Numbered from the stretch's first letter, positions 37,691 to 47,679 are shown. The stretch: DNA of 57,283 bases from Candidatus Nanohaloarchaea archaeon (GCA_042218325.1 JBDGRE010000023.1:1-57283), one strand, 5' to 3'. A program made the numbers and translations. Notes: generated from the letters alone by a model not told the origin.

Positions 37691-38442
37691 AAACAGGTAT
37701 GGCGATCAACCCCGAGGACGACTTTCTCGACAGACTGGACGAAGTTCCAGATGAGTTCGACTTCGTCGAGGTGGCGATAGGTGAGATGGAGAAAGAACCC
37801 TCCGGCGTGGACGTGGAGGCCTGGCGAGAAGGACTGGAGGAAAAAGGGCTCGACCTGGTCATCCACCTTCCTTTCCGCCAGCCGCTTGCCACCACGGTCG
37901 AGGAGTACAACCGGGCGAAAGTCGAGTACATCCGCGAACTGCTGGAACTCTGTGAAGAACTCGGCGCGGAGAAGGCCGTGCTCCACGCAAACACACGGTA
38001 CGGCGAGGAAAAAGAGGATGTCAGGGAAACGCTGAGGAGTCAGATAGAGCTCATCGACACAGCGGCAGAGGAGCGTGGCGTGGAGCTGGTGGTCGAGAAC
38101 ATACCGTTCGAGGATACACGGATAGCGGACCTGAAGGAGTTCGGCGAGCTGATGCAGGAAGCAGGCGCCTCGATATGCCTCGATACCGGCCACGCGTTCG
38201 CCGAGGCCGGGCAGGAAGAACTGGAAGAGTTCGCACAGGAGTTCTCCGGCTTGGTAACGCATCTCCACGTTCAGGATTCACGGGGAGGCGACGACCACCT
38301 CGCTGTCGGCCACGGCGACATCGACTTCGAGAGCTTCGCCCGGGCGCTTGGCGACTTCAAGGGAACGGCATGCTTCGAGATATTCTCGCCAGACTACGAC
38401 TACCACCAGCTCTCCCGCGTGAAATTTCTGCAGAACTTCTGA
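37687..38442 (+). CDS. Xylose isomerase-like TIM barrel (AP endonuclease 2 family)
   Basis: IHLP, VLH, VEN, LDTGH, HLHVQD, DDHL, FEI metal ligands. Confidence 0.88.
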   Translation: MKTGMAINPEDDFLDRLDEVPDEFDFVEVAIGEMEKEPSGVDVEAWREGLEEKGLDLVIHLPFRQPLATTVEEYNRAKVEYIRELLELCEELGAEKAVLHANTRYGEEKEDVRETLRSQIELIDTAAEERGVELVVENIPFEDTRIADLKEFGELMQEAGASICLDTGHAFAEAGQEELEEFAQEFSGLVTHLHVQDSRGGDDHLAVGHGDIDFESFARALGDFKGTACFEIFSPDYDYHQLSRVKFLQNF

Positions 38443-38478
38443 CCCCTAAATAAAAGCATTCTGTCCGCATCAAGGCCC

Positions 38479-39711
38479 ATGACAAAGGAAACCGAGACGA
38501 TGTCGAAGTACCAGCTGAAGAAGCTGATCAAGAAGCTGGAGGACATCCGGGGAAGGAACACCGAGCTGGTCTCGCTGTACATACCGGCGGGCTACGACAT
38601 GTCGAAGATATCCGACTTCGTGACATCGGAGGCCAGCGAGGCGGAGAACATCAAGTCGAAACATACGCGGAAGAACGTCCAGGCCGCACTCGACAAGATA
38701 GGCCGCAAAGTCAAAGAGGAACAGGAGACACCAGAGAACGGTGTAGCGTTCTTCGCCGGCAACGTCTCCGAAAGAGAGGGAAGGCCCGACGTAAAGGTGT
38801 GGGAGGTCGTGCCTCCGCAGCCAATCGAGTCACGACACTACCGGTGCGACAAGGAGTTCGTGCTGGAGCCGCTCCGGGAGATGGTAGTATCCGACAAGGT
38901 CTACGCGCTGATAGCGCTCGACAAGAACGAGGCCGCCATCGGCTACCTGCATGGCTCCTCGATAAAGACGGAGTACACAATGAGCTCCGAGGTACCAGGC
39001 AAAACGAGAGCAGGAGGCCAGTCCGCGCAGCGCTTCGCCCGCATCAGGAAGGAGATGCTGAAGAACTTCATGCAGGAGATAGCTGAGAACTCGAAGAAGG
39101 CGTTCCTCGACAAGGCGAGGGATGACAAGCTGCTCGGCATCCTTGTGGGAGGCCCCGGCTGGGTGAAGGAGAAGTTCCTCGACAACCACCTCCACCAGGA
39201 GCTCCAGGAGAAAGTAGTCGCGACCGAGGACCTGAACTACTCGGGAGAAGAGGCGCTGGAAGAACTGGTAAGTAAAGCTGAGGACGCGATACAGGACGCC
39301 GAGGTGGTGCACGAGAAGAACCTGGTCAACGAGTTCTTCGACAACCTGCGGGAGGAGAACGGCAAGAGCGAGTACGGCCTTGAACAGGTGAAGAAGGCGC
39401 TGGAGATGGGCGCGGTCGACACCCTCTTGATAACGGAGGACGTGGACCTGTTCGCCGCGAAGTACCGTTGCGAGAACGGCCACGAGGATACCGTCTTCGA
39501 GAGGCGGCCGGAGATAGACGACACCCATAAATGCCCGGAATGCGGGGAGGAGATGGAGCTCGAGGAGATATCAGATATCGTCGACGAGTTCGGGAAGAAG
39601 GCGGAGGGGATGGACTCCGACCTGGAGATAATCTCCACCGACCACGAGGAAGGCCGACGACTGGACAACCTGGGAGGCGTCGCGGCCATCATGCGGTACC
39701 GGATACGGTAA
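38479..39711 (+). CDS. prf1: Peptide chain release factor aRF1
   Basis: NIKS, YRCD, GGQSAQRF. Confidence 0.97.
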   Translation: MTKETETMSKYQLKKLIKKLEDIRGRNTELVSLYIPAGYDMSKISDFVTSEASEAENIKSKHTRKNVQAALDKIGRKVKEEQETPENGVAFFAGNVSEREGRPDVKVWEVVPPQPIESRHYRCDKEFVLEPLREMVVSDKVYALIALDKNEAAIGYLHGSSIKTEYTMSSEVPGKTRAGGQSAQRFARIRKEMLKNFMQEIAENSKKAFLDKARDDKLLGILVGGPGWVKEKFLDNHLHQELQEKVVATEDLNYSGEEALEELVSKAEDAIQDAEVVHEKNLVNEFFDNLREENGKSEYGLEQVKKALEMGAVDTLLITEDVDLFAAKYRCENGHEDTVFERRPEIDDTHKCPECGEEMELEEISDIVDEFGKKAEGMDSDLEIISTDHEEGRRLDNLGGVAAIMRYRIR

Positions 39712-39736
39712 AAAGCTCCTGATACAAGTTTCCTAC

Positions 39737-40297
39737 ATGGAAGACATTCTCAAGAGCATAGATTTCGACAGCGAGGAGTTCACGGTAAAGCAGAGCCTCG
39801 TCAGGAACAAGTACCAGGTTTTCAACGGCGAACAGCTGATACTGAAGGCGAAGCAGAAGATGTTCAAGATGCGGGAAGAGTTCCCGTTCACTGACGCCGA
39901 CGACAATCCTCTCTTCACAATCAAGGCCGCGAAACGCCTTGACATCGCCGGCGACTACGGCATCATCGACGCCGCCACCGACGAAGAGGTCGCGGTGCTG
40001 TCGAAAAAGTTCACCCTGCTAAAACATATCTGGAAGGTGAAAGATACCGGGGGAAACGTAAAAGCGACCATCGAGAGCGACAGCGCCTTGATGGAGCTTC
40101 TGAGAGCGCTGCACGAACTACTATCCTTCATACCTCACAGCTACACCATAACCGACGAAAGCGGTGAGGAGATAGGCAGCATAAAGGGCCGTTTCAGCCT
40201 GAGAGACACTTACGACGTTCGGGTCGACCGGGACGCGCCGTTCCGGGAAGCCGTGGTCGCGGCCGCGGTCACGATCGACACGCTGGAGGGCAACTGA
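39737..40297 (+). CDS. LURP-one/scramblase (tubby-like) family protein
   Basis: VRNKY, KQKMFKMREEFPF, FSLRDTYDV, C-terminal helix. Confidence 0.8.
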   Translation: MEDILKSIDFDSEEFTVKQSLVRNKYQVFNGEQLILKAKQKMFKMREEFPFTDADDNPLFTIKAAKRLDIAGDYGIIDAATDEEVAVLSKKFTLLKHIWKVKDTGGNVKATIESDSALMELLRALHELLSFIPHSYTITDESGEEIGSIKGRFSLRDTYDVRVDRDAPFREAVVAAAVTIDTLEGN

Positions 40298-40926
40298 TGG
40301 ATATCGAGAACCTTGCAGAGACCGCGGAGGACTTCACCGGCAACGTATGGCTGCTCTCCCGGAACTCTTCCGAGTTCCGTGGGTCGCAGAAGCCTCCGGC
40401 TTCGAGAGGCGCAGAGACAGTTCTTATCGACGCCGGCGAGGGCGACTGCTGGCAGGAGATAGATGAACTGGAAAGCCTGGAGAAAGTCGTCGTGACGCAC
40501 AGCCACCACGACCACGTCGACAACCTGCCGAAGATAGTGGACCGCTTCTCGCCCGGGGTGTACGCGTACGAGCCGGAGAACCTGCCCGTCGACGCTGAAG
40601 AGATAGAAGAGGGCGACACACTGGAGCTGTCGGGAACAGATTTCGAGGTAATCCAAACTCCAGGCCATAGAGACGACTCCATCTGCCTGTACTCACGGGA
40701 AGAAAAACTGCTTTTCACCGGCGACCTTATCTTCCCGGAGGGAGGGTTCGGCCGGACCGACCTCAAGGAAGGTGACCGCGACCTACTCATCGAATCCATC
40801 GAGAAGGTAGCGGAACTCGAAGTGGACGAGTTCTACCCCGGCCACGGTGAGGCCGTAACTCAAGACGCCGGGCGCTGGATAGAGAAGTCGCTGGAGCAGG
40901 CGAAGAAGCGGGAGCCGAAGTACTAG
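40297..40926 (+). CDS. MBL-fold metallo-hydrolase (glyoxalase II-like)
   Basis: THSHHDH, TPGH, FTGD, GRTD, PGHG; apparent ~17-aa insertion near the N-terminus. Confidence 0.9.
   Translation: MDIENLAETAEDFTGNVWLLSRNSSEFRGSQKPPASRGAETVLIDAGEGDCWQEIDELESLEKVVVTHSHHDHVDNLPKIVDRFSPGVYAYEPENLPVDAEEIEEGDTLELSGTDFEVIQTPGHRDDSICLYSREEKLLFTGDLIFPEGGFGRTDLKEGDRDLLIESIEKVAELEVDEFYPGHGEAVTQDAGRWIEKSLEQAKKREPKY
40359..40405 (+). repeat. Twin-hairpin mini-element, in frame in the MBL hydrolase
   Basis: cc GGAACTC-TTCC-GAGTTCC gtgggtcgca GAAGCC-TCC-GGCTTC ga. Confidence 0.8.
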
Positions 40927-40969
40927 AACAGGAATTTAAGCCTGTTTTTCGACCGGTCGAAATGTAGAG

Positions 40970-41149
40970 ATGGGATTCGGAACTTACGACGAGTCGGAGC
41001 ACGAGAAACGCGAAAAGGGTAAAGACATAGAAGACGCCGAGTACAGCGAGCAGGGCGGACGTTACGAGGGAGAAGTCGAGTTCGAGGACGGAACCGTCAG
41101 GGAGCAGCTCGAGACCTGGCAGGAAGTCAAGCAGAGTATGGAGGACTGA
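40970..41149 (+). CDS. Small DUF5786-like protein (59 aa, not in ORF track)
   Basis: MGFGTYDESEHEKRE...YEGEVEFE; resembles the haloarchaeal MGFGSYDESEQ family. Confidence 0.75.
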   Translation: MGFGTYDESEHEKREKGKDIEDAEYSEQGGRYEGEVEFEDGTVREQLETWQEVKQSMED

Positions 41150-41150
41150 A

Positions 41151-41813
41151 TCAGGGCTTCGCACTTCTTACTATCAGCCACCGGTAAAGATCCTTCATCT
41201 TGCGGTAACCGATGACTGCCGCGACGGTGCCTGCCACCGAAAGTGCTACTGCGGTAGAGACCGTGTCTATCTGGGAAGCTATGGCTATGAAGCTGTCGCG
41301 GGCCTGCCAGCCGATTACCGCCAGGCCGAAGTTCCGGGGCAGCATACCGATAAAGCTCCACACGCCGTACTCCTTCCAGTCCATCCGGAACAGGCCTGCG
41401 GAGCCGGACACCAGGGAGAGCGGGACGATGGGTATCGCGCGGAACAGCGCCACGTAGTATTTTTCACGGCCCGAGTCGAAGTGGTGTTCGAGGTGCTGCA
41501 CTTCATCCCACGATACGTCAAGATACCGGCCGTACCGCTCTATCGCGGGTTTGCCACCGAAGTACGCTATCGAGTAGACGAAGTAGGAACTAAGCACCGA
41601 GGCTATGGATGCGGGAAGGGCGATCAGGAAGAATATCTGGAACAGTGCCTCAAGGCCTGTCGCATCGATAAGTATCGCGCCGGCCGCCATCGGGATGACT
41701 GGGGAGGGAATCGGTACGAAGACCTCCTCTATGACCATCCCGAGCACTACCGCCAGCATGCCATGCTGCTGTATGAGCTGTATGAAAGGCTCGACAGGGA
41801 TATCCAGGACCAT
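41151..41813 (-). CDS. DedA/SNARE-associated membrane protein
   Basis: PIPSPVI, GRYL, FRAIP, SAGLFRM. Confidence 0.88.
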   Translation of the reverse strand: MVLDIPVEPFIQLIQQHGMLAVVLGMVIEEVFVPIPSPVIPMAAGAILIDATGLEALFQIFFLIALPASIASVLSSYFVYSIAYFGGKPAIERYGRYLDVSWDEVQHLEHHFDSGREKYYVALFRAIPIVPLSLVSGSAGLFRMDWKEYGVWSFIGMLPRNFGLAVIGWQARDSFIAIASQIDTVSTAVALSVAGTVAAVIGYRKMKDLYRWLIVRSAKP

Positions 41814-41848
41814 GGGATAGAAATAATCCGTGCATCTTATTTAAACCC

Positions 41849-42226
41849 GTGAAAGTCGAGGTACTCGGCAACAGGGTGGAGATAGATTCCTCCCTCATCA
41901 GCGAAAGCAGAGAGGAGATAAGGCGGCAGCTATCAGAATACAGCGCGGGAGACCGGGAAAATTTCGACCTCGAAGTGCTCTTCCCGGGCGGTTTTACCGG
42001 CGAAGTGATGAAGGCGATGGCCCGGATAAAGTACGGGGGGACACGGACCTACGGCGAACTGGCGAGAGATATCGGAACTTCTGCGGTCGCGGTAGGCCAG
42101 GCCTGCGGCAGGAACCCTGTACCCGTGATAGTTCCGTGCCACCGGGTAGTCGCGGAGGACGGTATCGGCGGTTACCAGCGTCCCGGGCTCAAGCGGAAGC
42201 TGCTAAGGCTTGAAGGAGGGAGTTGA
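41849..42226 (+). CDS. ogt: Methylated-DNA--protein-cysteine methyltransferase
   Basis: TYGELA, AVGQACGRNP, VPCHRVV. Confidence 0.92.
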   Translation: MKVEVLGNRVEIDSSLISESREEIRRQLSEYSAGDRENFDLEVLFPGGFTGEVMKAMARIKYGGTRTYGELARDIGTSAVAVGQACGRNPVPVIVPCHRVVAEDGIGGYQRPGLKRKLLRLEGGS

Positions 42227-43661
42227 CAGTTTTTACGATATAGTCGGCGAAGCCCTGCAGGAACTGCACGAAGTTTACCTCGCCCCCGGGCATCAGATCT
42301 CGCTGCCCGGTAGTGGTCCGGTTCGGGACCTCGAGCCTCTCGATTTGCAGCGGCTGTGAGTCATGGGTCGGTTCCGCGGAGTAAACAGGGTAGTCGTAGC
42401 TGTTGATGGTGTCGAGGCACTGTTCGAATCTTTCCCTGGTATCGTATTCGCAGGGCGTCATGTCCATATGCCGGGAGTAAAGCTGCCACTTGACCTCCGG
42501 GTCTGTTATCCTCCGTTCAACCTGCAGCCTGCTGTAGAGGTCCCGGAGCGAACCGTTCATCCTGGACACGTAGTTCCTCACTACGAGCTCCGAGTAGGCG
42601 TAGCCGAACCTTCTCCTGTCCGGTTCCTCACTCATCGCGTTCCAGGTCTTCATGAACTCCCCGTCCTGCTGGTAGTAGTTCCATAGCTCGTCCGGGTCGC
42701 CCTTCGAGGGAAGCGTTATGCGGTAGAGCTGCCCGTCCCTGCGCTCGCGGTAGGTGACGTCTTCCCCAAAAACGTTTCTCGTCCGGTCCTGGCCCTCCAT
42801 CTTCTTCTTTACGAGGAACTCGACGTACTTGCCGGTGCCTTCGTCGAAGTAAGTGGACCGGGTCTGGTCCCAGTTCAGCACACGGTCGTTCAGGCCGTGA
42901 ACGACTTCGTGAGCGAGCACCGGCAGGAAATCGCCTTTACTCGACTCCGGCGATCTTATCTGTATCGCCCCGGAGACGTACTCGCCCGCGCTCCACTCGT
43001 TTACCTTCCGGTCGTACGTCGCGTCATCCATCACGGCGACCGGGAAACGCTCGAACTGCTGGACGAGGCCGGTCGTCCCGACAGGCACCTCGTACGCGAC
43101 CCCGGTACCTGAAGGCTGTCCGCCGAAGAACGTGAAGTAACGCGTCTCGTAACCGTTGCCGAACTTGACCCTGATATTGACCGGGCCGCTGCCCCGGAAA
43201 CGCATCTCGTCGCCCGAGAAAGACTCCTCGAACCCGAACCCTGTCCAGCCCGACTGCAGGTCCTCTACCCGGATGGTCCCCGAGGTCCGCTCGCCCGAGA
43301 ACCCGGAGAGCTGCAGCGTACGCTTGTACAGGCCCGCGTGTATCTCTTCCGCGTCCTCGCTGTTAACGGTACGTATCTCGACAACTCTTCTTTCCTGGCC
43401 CGTGAAGCGGCGGCCGGGGATGCTCAGGGAGTTTCCGTCGACCGTATAGTCGATCTCTCCCCGCGAGTCCCTGACAGAGATGACCTCCTCGCCCGGGTTC
43501 AGCGTCCAGGTGAGGCCGGGACAGGTAGTGGAGCAGTCGAGGCCGACAGTGGTGTTCTTCCAGACCGCATTCCCGTCTGACCGTATGCTGTACTGGACTT
43601 CGCCCGCGACAGGAGAGACGGCTATGAGAACGAAAAGGGTCACGGCCACAGCCTTATTCAT
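42189..43661 (-). CDS. Secreted zinc metallopeptidase (gluzincin-like)
   Basis: Signal peptide; LAHEVVHG with downstream FDEG third ligand. Confidence 0.75.
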   Translation of the reverse strand: MNKAVAVTLFVLIAVSPVAGEVQYSIRSDGNAVWKNTTVGLDCSTTCPGLTWTLNPGEEVISVRDSRGEIDYTVDGNSLSIPGRRFTGQERRVVEIRTVNSEDAEEIHAGLYKRTLQLSGFSGERTSGTIRVEDLQSGWTGFGFEESFSGDEMRFRGSGPVNIRVKFGNGYETRYFTFFGGQPSGTGVAYEVPVGTTGLVQQFERFPVAVMDDATYDRKVNEWSAGEYVSGAIQIRSPESSKGDFLPVLAHEVVHGLNDRVLNWDQTRSTYFDEGTGKYVEFLVKKKMEGQDRTRNVFGEDVTYRERRDGQLYRITLPSKGDPDELWNYYQQDGEFMKTWNAMSEEPDRRRFGYAYSELVVRNYVSRMNGSLRDLYSRLQVERRITDPEVKWQLYSRHMDMTPCEYDTRERFEQCLDTINSYDYPVYSAEPTHDSQPLQIERLEVPNRTTTGQRDLMPGGEVNFVQFLQGFADYIVKTVNSLLQALAASA

Positions 43662-43713
43662 GCCGGCTTATGGGGCGAGAAGGAATAAAAGATTACGATT
43701 GCACTGGAGTTCC

Positions 43714-44295
43714 ATGGCGATACTATCCGACCGCGACCTCCGCAAACTTATAGAACAGAAGAACGCGGTCCAGGCACCAGAAGACGACCTCGACTTCGAC
43801 CTCCAGCTCGGGCCCTCTTCATTCGACCTGAGACTGGGCTACGAGTTCGGCGTGCTCAACACCCGGAAGCTGGAGATGATAGACACCATGGATATGGAGA
43901 AGTACGAGGACTTCATCGAGAAAGAGGAACACACCCCGGGAGAAGGCGTCGTAATCCATCCCGGCGAGTTCCTGCTTGGTGCGACGCTCGAGACTCTGAA
44001 GGTGCCGGACAACCTTGTGGCCCGCGTAGAGGGTCGCTCCTCGTATGGCCGGCTCGGTATCATCGTCCACGCCACCGCGGGATACATCGACCCGGGGTTC
44101 GAGGGCGATATAACGCTGGAGATGCAGAACCTTGGCAACGCGCCGGTGAAGCTATACCCCGAGGACCGTATCTGCCAAGTCGTCTTTGAGACCATGACCT
44201 CGGAAGCTGAAACTCCGTACGGCGACAAGGAGGACACCAAGTACATGGGCCAGACAGGCGCAACAGGCTCGAAGCTTGACCTCGAGAAGAGATAA
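43714..44295 (+). CDS. dcd: dCTP deaminase
   Basis: ILSDRD, FDLRL, EGRSSYGRLG, TAGYIDPGFEG, RICQ. Confidence 0.95.
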   Translation: MAILSDRDLRKLIEQKNAVQAPEDDLDFDLQLGPSSFDLRLGYEFGVLNTRKLEMIDTMDMEKYEDFIEKEEHTPGEGVVIHPGEFLLGATLETLKVPDNLVARVEGRSSYGRLGIIVHATAGYIDPGFEGDITLEMQNLGNAPVKLYPEDRICQVVFETMTSEAETPYGDKEDTKYMGQTGATGSKLDLEKR

Positions 44296-44340
44296 CTCGA
44301 CCGACAGATTTTTAATGCTGCTTCTCGGTGGTAACAGGTG

Positions 44341-44547
44341 ATGGGAGCAGACTACGAGGATGCTATAGAACAGCTGACCTACGACATCGATATCGCGGAG
44401 ACACGGCCCGAGGGTTACGACTGGAGAGAACTTCAGGACATCGTCGAGGGACGCTCAGGCGACGGCCCTCTCGATCCAGATGCGGAACCGGCCGACGGCG
44501 TTGAACTACTGGAAATGGAAGAGGGAATAAACGCCGGGCCGAGATAG
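44341..44547 (+). CDS. Small acidic hypothetical protein
   Basis: 68 aa with halophilic composition. Confidence 0.5.
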   Translation: MGADYEDAIEQLTYDIDIAETRPEGYDWRELQDIVEGRSGDGPLDPDAEPADGVELLEMEEGINAGPR

Positions 44548-44584
44548 AGCAGAAAAAAAGAGGAAAAGAAGTAGGTCGAGGTCG

Positions 44585-44890
44585 CTACGCGTACTGTCGC
44601 TGGAGCTGCTGAACGGCGTTCAGGGCTCCACCAACGAGAAGCAGCAGGCCGCCGACAGTGTAAAGCACGGCGGTCACCTGGCTCAGGGCGCTGACAGACG
44701 CCCAAGTACCGACCGCGTAACCAGCGGCCAAGTATTCGACACCGGCACCAGCCACGAAAGACATGACACCGGCAGCTATCTCCGTCCAGCGGACCTCCGG
44801 AAGGCTGCTGTAGTTCCAGAGAACCGCCAGGACGCCTACTGCCATCGAGGCAGCGAGTCCTGCGTTCAGTTCAAGACCGAGGAAAGCCAT
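44585..44890 (-). CDS. Small 3-TM membrane protein
   Basis: Three hydrophobic segments; GAGGGTGA RBS-like sequence upstream. Confidence 0.7.
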   Translation of the reverse strand: MAFLGLELNAGLAASMAVGVLAVLWNYSSLPEVRWTEIAAGVMSFVAGAGVEYLAAGYAVGTWASVSALSQVTAVLYTVGGLLLLVGGALNAVQQLQRQYA

Positions 44891-45018
44891 CTCTTTTTCA
44901 CCCTCACAGCCGTTTTACGCAGAGATAGCTAAAAAAGTAACGCAGGAGGCCGCAGACTACCGGAACAGCCGGAAAGCCGCTCTCAGGCCTTTAAAGGCTA
45001 TTTATACTACTTGATAAC

Positions 45019-46185
45019 ATGGTTAGAAGCGGTACACAGGGTTCGTGCTCGAACCCTGTTAGAGCGACGAACGGGAACGGAAGTCGCGGAACCGCCGACC
45101 TGCCGCTGCACGGCGGGAGCGCGCCCTGGTGGCTGTTCGACCGGATGGAGAAGCTCGGCGGAGCGATAACGGAGGCCGTTATAGATGAGTACGGCCAGGA
45201 AGAGCTGCTCAGGCGGCTGGGCGACCCTTACTGGTTCCAGGCGCTGGGGTGCGTGCTCGGGTTCGACTGGCACTCCTCAGGGCTAACGACCACGACGATG
45301 GGCGCCCTGAAAGAAGCGCTTGACATCGAGAGACACGGCGTGACGGTGGCCGGCGGCAAGGGAGCGACTTCGAGGAAGACGCCGGAGGAGATACAGCGGA
45401 AAGGAAAGGGCCTGAAAACTGCGTGGCTGGAGGAGATGAAAGAGGTGTCGAGGAAGAGCGCCGCGGTCGACAACTCCTGCGTGCAGGACTCCTTCGATCT
45501 CTACCACCACACTCTGGCCTTTTCAGAAAACGGGGACTGGACAGTCGTACAGCAGGGGATGAAAACGTCGCACGCACGCAGGTACCACTGGCACTCCCGA
45601 CAGCTCGAAGACCCGGTCGAGGAACCGCAGGCCGCAATATGCAGCGACGAGAGGAAAGAAGATACGCTGGACCTGTCATCCCGTACCTCCCGGGAGACCC
45701 GGAATGTATCTGTAGATCTCGTGAATGACGGGCCAGGCCACCTGGAGAGATACTTCCGGAAGGCTGGACAGTCCTCGCTCTCCAGATTCACCGAAAGGAA
45801 CCTGGAGATGCCTGACCACCACCGGCTCTCGAGACACGACCTGTCGCAGCGCTCACTGAAACAGCTGGAGAAGGCGCAGGAGATCCAGCCGGAGGATTTC
45901 GAGGAGCTCCTGTCGATAAGCGGGGTCGGCAAGAAATCGCTGCGAGCACTTGCGCTGGTGGCAGAGGTGGTGCACGGGACGGAGAGCTCGTGGAAAGATC
46001 CGGCAAAGTACAGCTATGCGCACGGCGGCAGGGACGGCACACCTTTCCCTGTGGAGCGCGAACGGTACGATGATAACATCCGGAGGATGCAGGAGATGCT
46101 TGACGCATCCGGGATAGAGAAGGAGGAAAAGAAGAAGGTGTTCAGGCGGCTGGATAAAGTTATCTCTGACACCCGCAGTCCCTGA
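45019..46185 (+). CDS. DUF763 family protein
   Basis: ADLPLHGG, FDWHSSGLTT, VVQQGM, RRYHW, YAHGGRDGTPFPV. Confidence 0.92.
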   Translation: MVRSGTQGSCSNPVRATNGNGSRGTADLPLHGGSAPWWLFDRMEKLGGAITEAVIDEYGQEELLRRLGDPYWFQALGCVLGFDWHSSGLTTTTMGALKEALDIERHGVTVAGGKGATSRKTPEEIQRKGKGLKTAWLEEMKEVSRKSAAVDNSCVQDSFDLYHHTLAFSENGDWTVVQQGMKTSHARRYHWHSRQLEDPVEEPQAAICSDERKEDTLDLSSRTSRETRNVSVDLVNDGPGHLERYFRKAGQSSLSRFTERNLEMPDHHRLSRHDLSQRSLKQLEKAQEIQPEDFEELLSISGVGKKSLRALALVAEVVHGTESSWKDPAKYSYAHGGRDGTPFPVERERYDDNIRRMQEMLDASGIEKEEKKKVFRRLDKVISDTRSP

Positions 46186-46202
46186 ACTGTACGTGCGGCA
46201 GG

Positions 46203-46322
46203 CTATTCTTCAAGACAGTCCGCGTGGCAGATCCCGCCGTCGTTCCTGGAGAACTCTTGGTCTCCGTGAACTGCGCCTCCGCAGACGAGGCAGAATCCGA
46301 CCTGGCGTTGAAGCTCTGGCAT
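46203..46322 (-). CDS. Zinc-finger microprotein (39 aa, not in ORF track)
   Basis: MPELQRQVGFCLVCGGAVHGDQEFSRNDGGICHADCLEE*; CxxC...HxxC; G-rich RBS-like sequence upstream. Confidence 0.55.
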   Translation of the reverse strand: MPELQRQVGFCLVCGGAVHGDQEFSRNDGGICHADCLEE

Positions 46323-46436
46323 ACCCCTTCCCCCGGTAAGATATTACCTTCCGCGGCTTAAAAGCAAGGCTGGGGTCTCCTAAACCATTCCTGCAACGGG
46401 GCCGCTTTTTAAGACTGTGAGACCGAAACTCGACGC

Positions 46437-47171
46437 GTGAAACCGGTCGACGCCCACTGCCACCTGGACTTCGAGGACTTCGACGAGGACAGGAAAGAGG
46501 TCATCGATAGATGTGGAGAGCGGCTCGAGTTCGTGGTGAACGCGGGCAGGGAACCGCAAAGCAACAGGAAATCTATCGAGCTTGAGGAGGAAAACAACTG
46601 CGTGGTCGCGAACCTCGGGCTCCACCCGACGCACACCGGCAGCTTCAACGAGATAGACACCGTAAAGCAACAGGTACGGGAGCACGACCCTGCCGCAGTA
46701 GGAGAGATAGGACTGGACCATCACCACGTAACAGACCCGGATACAAGAAACCGGCAGGAAGAAGTTTTCAGGCAGATGCTGGACGTGGCCAGAGAGCTAC
46801 AGAACCCGGTGGTCGTTCACTCCCGGGACGCAGAGAGCCGGGCGGTCGAGATACTCAAGGACTTCACGGAGGACGTGATGCTACACTGCTTCAACGGGCC
46901 GGCAGGCCTGGCGGAACACGCCAGCAATGATATGTATATCGGCGTGAGCACCCAGGTTCTCTACTCCGACAGGGTACAGCAGATAGCGGAGAAGATACCT
47001 CTCGACAGGCTGCTGCTCGAGACTGATTCGCCGTTCCTTTACCGCGGTGAGAGGAACGAGCCTGTCAACGTGGAGGAAAGCGCGGAGAAGATAGCGGAGC
47101 TGAAAGACGTGGGCGTGGAGGAAGTTATACGGTCGACGACCGCCAGCGCCTCCCGGCTGTTCGGCAGGTAA
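46437..47171 (+). CDS. tatD: TatD family hydrolase
   Basis: DAHCH, GLHP, GEIGLD, VHSR, LHCF, LETDSP. Confidence 0.94.
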   Translation: MKPVDAHCHLDFEDFDEDRKEVIDRCGERLEFVVNAGREPQSNRKSIELEEENNCVVANLGLHPTHTGSFNEIDTVKQQVREHDPAAVGEIGLDHHHVTDPDTRNRQEEVFRQMLDVARELQNPVVVHSRDAESRAVEILKDFTEDVMLHCFNGPAGLAEHASNDMYIGVSTQVLYSDRVQQIAEKIPLDRLLLETDSPFLYRGERNEPVNVEESAEKIAELKDVGVEEVIRSTTASASRLFGR

Positions 47172-47208
47172 GGTTATTTGTTTAACGTTTCCCGTCGATT
47201 ACCTCCAC

Positions 47209-47673
47209 ATGGTACTGGAAAAGTTCAAGGACAGGTTCAAGGGAGAGCCTCGTGTGGCAGTATTCGTCGACGGCCCTAACGTGATAAGAAAAGAATTCGA
47301 CCTGGATCTCGACCTTCTCAGGGAGAAGACGGAGGAGCTCGGCGACCTCAAGGTCGGCAAGGTCTTCCTGAACCAGTACGCATCGGAGAAACTGATAGAG
47401 GCTATCGTCTCACAGGGTTTCGAGGCCAAGCTCGGACTCGGCGGCGAAAAAGACAAGGACAGCGATGTAGACGTCTACATGGCCGTGAACGCGATAGAGG
47501 CGGTTTTCAACGATAATATCGATATAATAGTTCTCGTTACACGAGACGCGGACTTCCTGCCTGTCATCCAGAAGGCGAAGGAACACGGCAAGGAGACAGT
47601 GATAATAGGGATGGAACCTGGTTTCTCGACCGCTCTCAGGAACGCGGCAGACCAGGTAATAGAGCTGGAGTGA
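47209..47673 (+). CDS. NYN-domain protein (TIGR00288-like)
   Basis: FVDGPN, DVDV, TRDADFLP, GFSTAL. Confidence 0.88.
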   Translation: MVLEKFKDRFKGEPRVAVFVDGPNVIRKEFDLDLDLLREKTEELGDLKVGKVFLNQYASEKLIEAIVSQGFEAKLGLGGEKDKDSDVDVYMAVNAIEAVFNDNIDIIVLVTRDADFLPVIQKAKEHGKETVIIGMEPGFSTALRNAADQVIELE

Positions 47674-47679
47674 CACAGG

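Noticed and set aside
39460-39560. Zinc-ribbon-like insertion in aRF1
   Set aside because: A known feature of many archaeal aRF1 C-domains.
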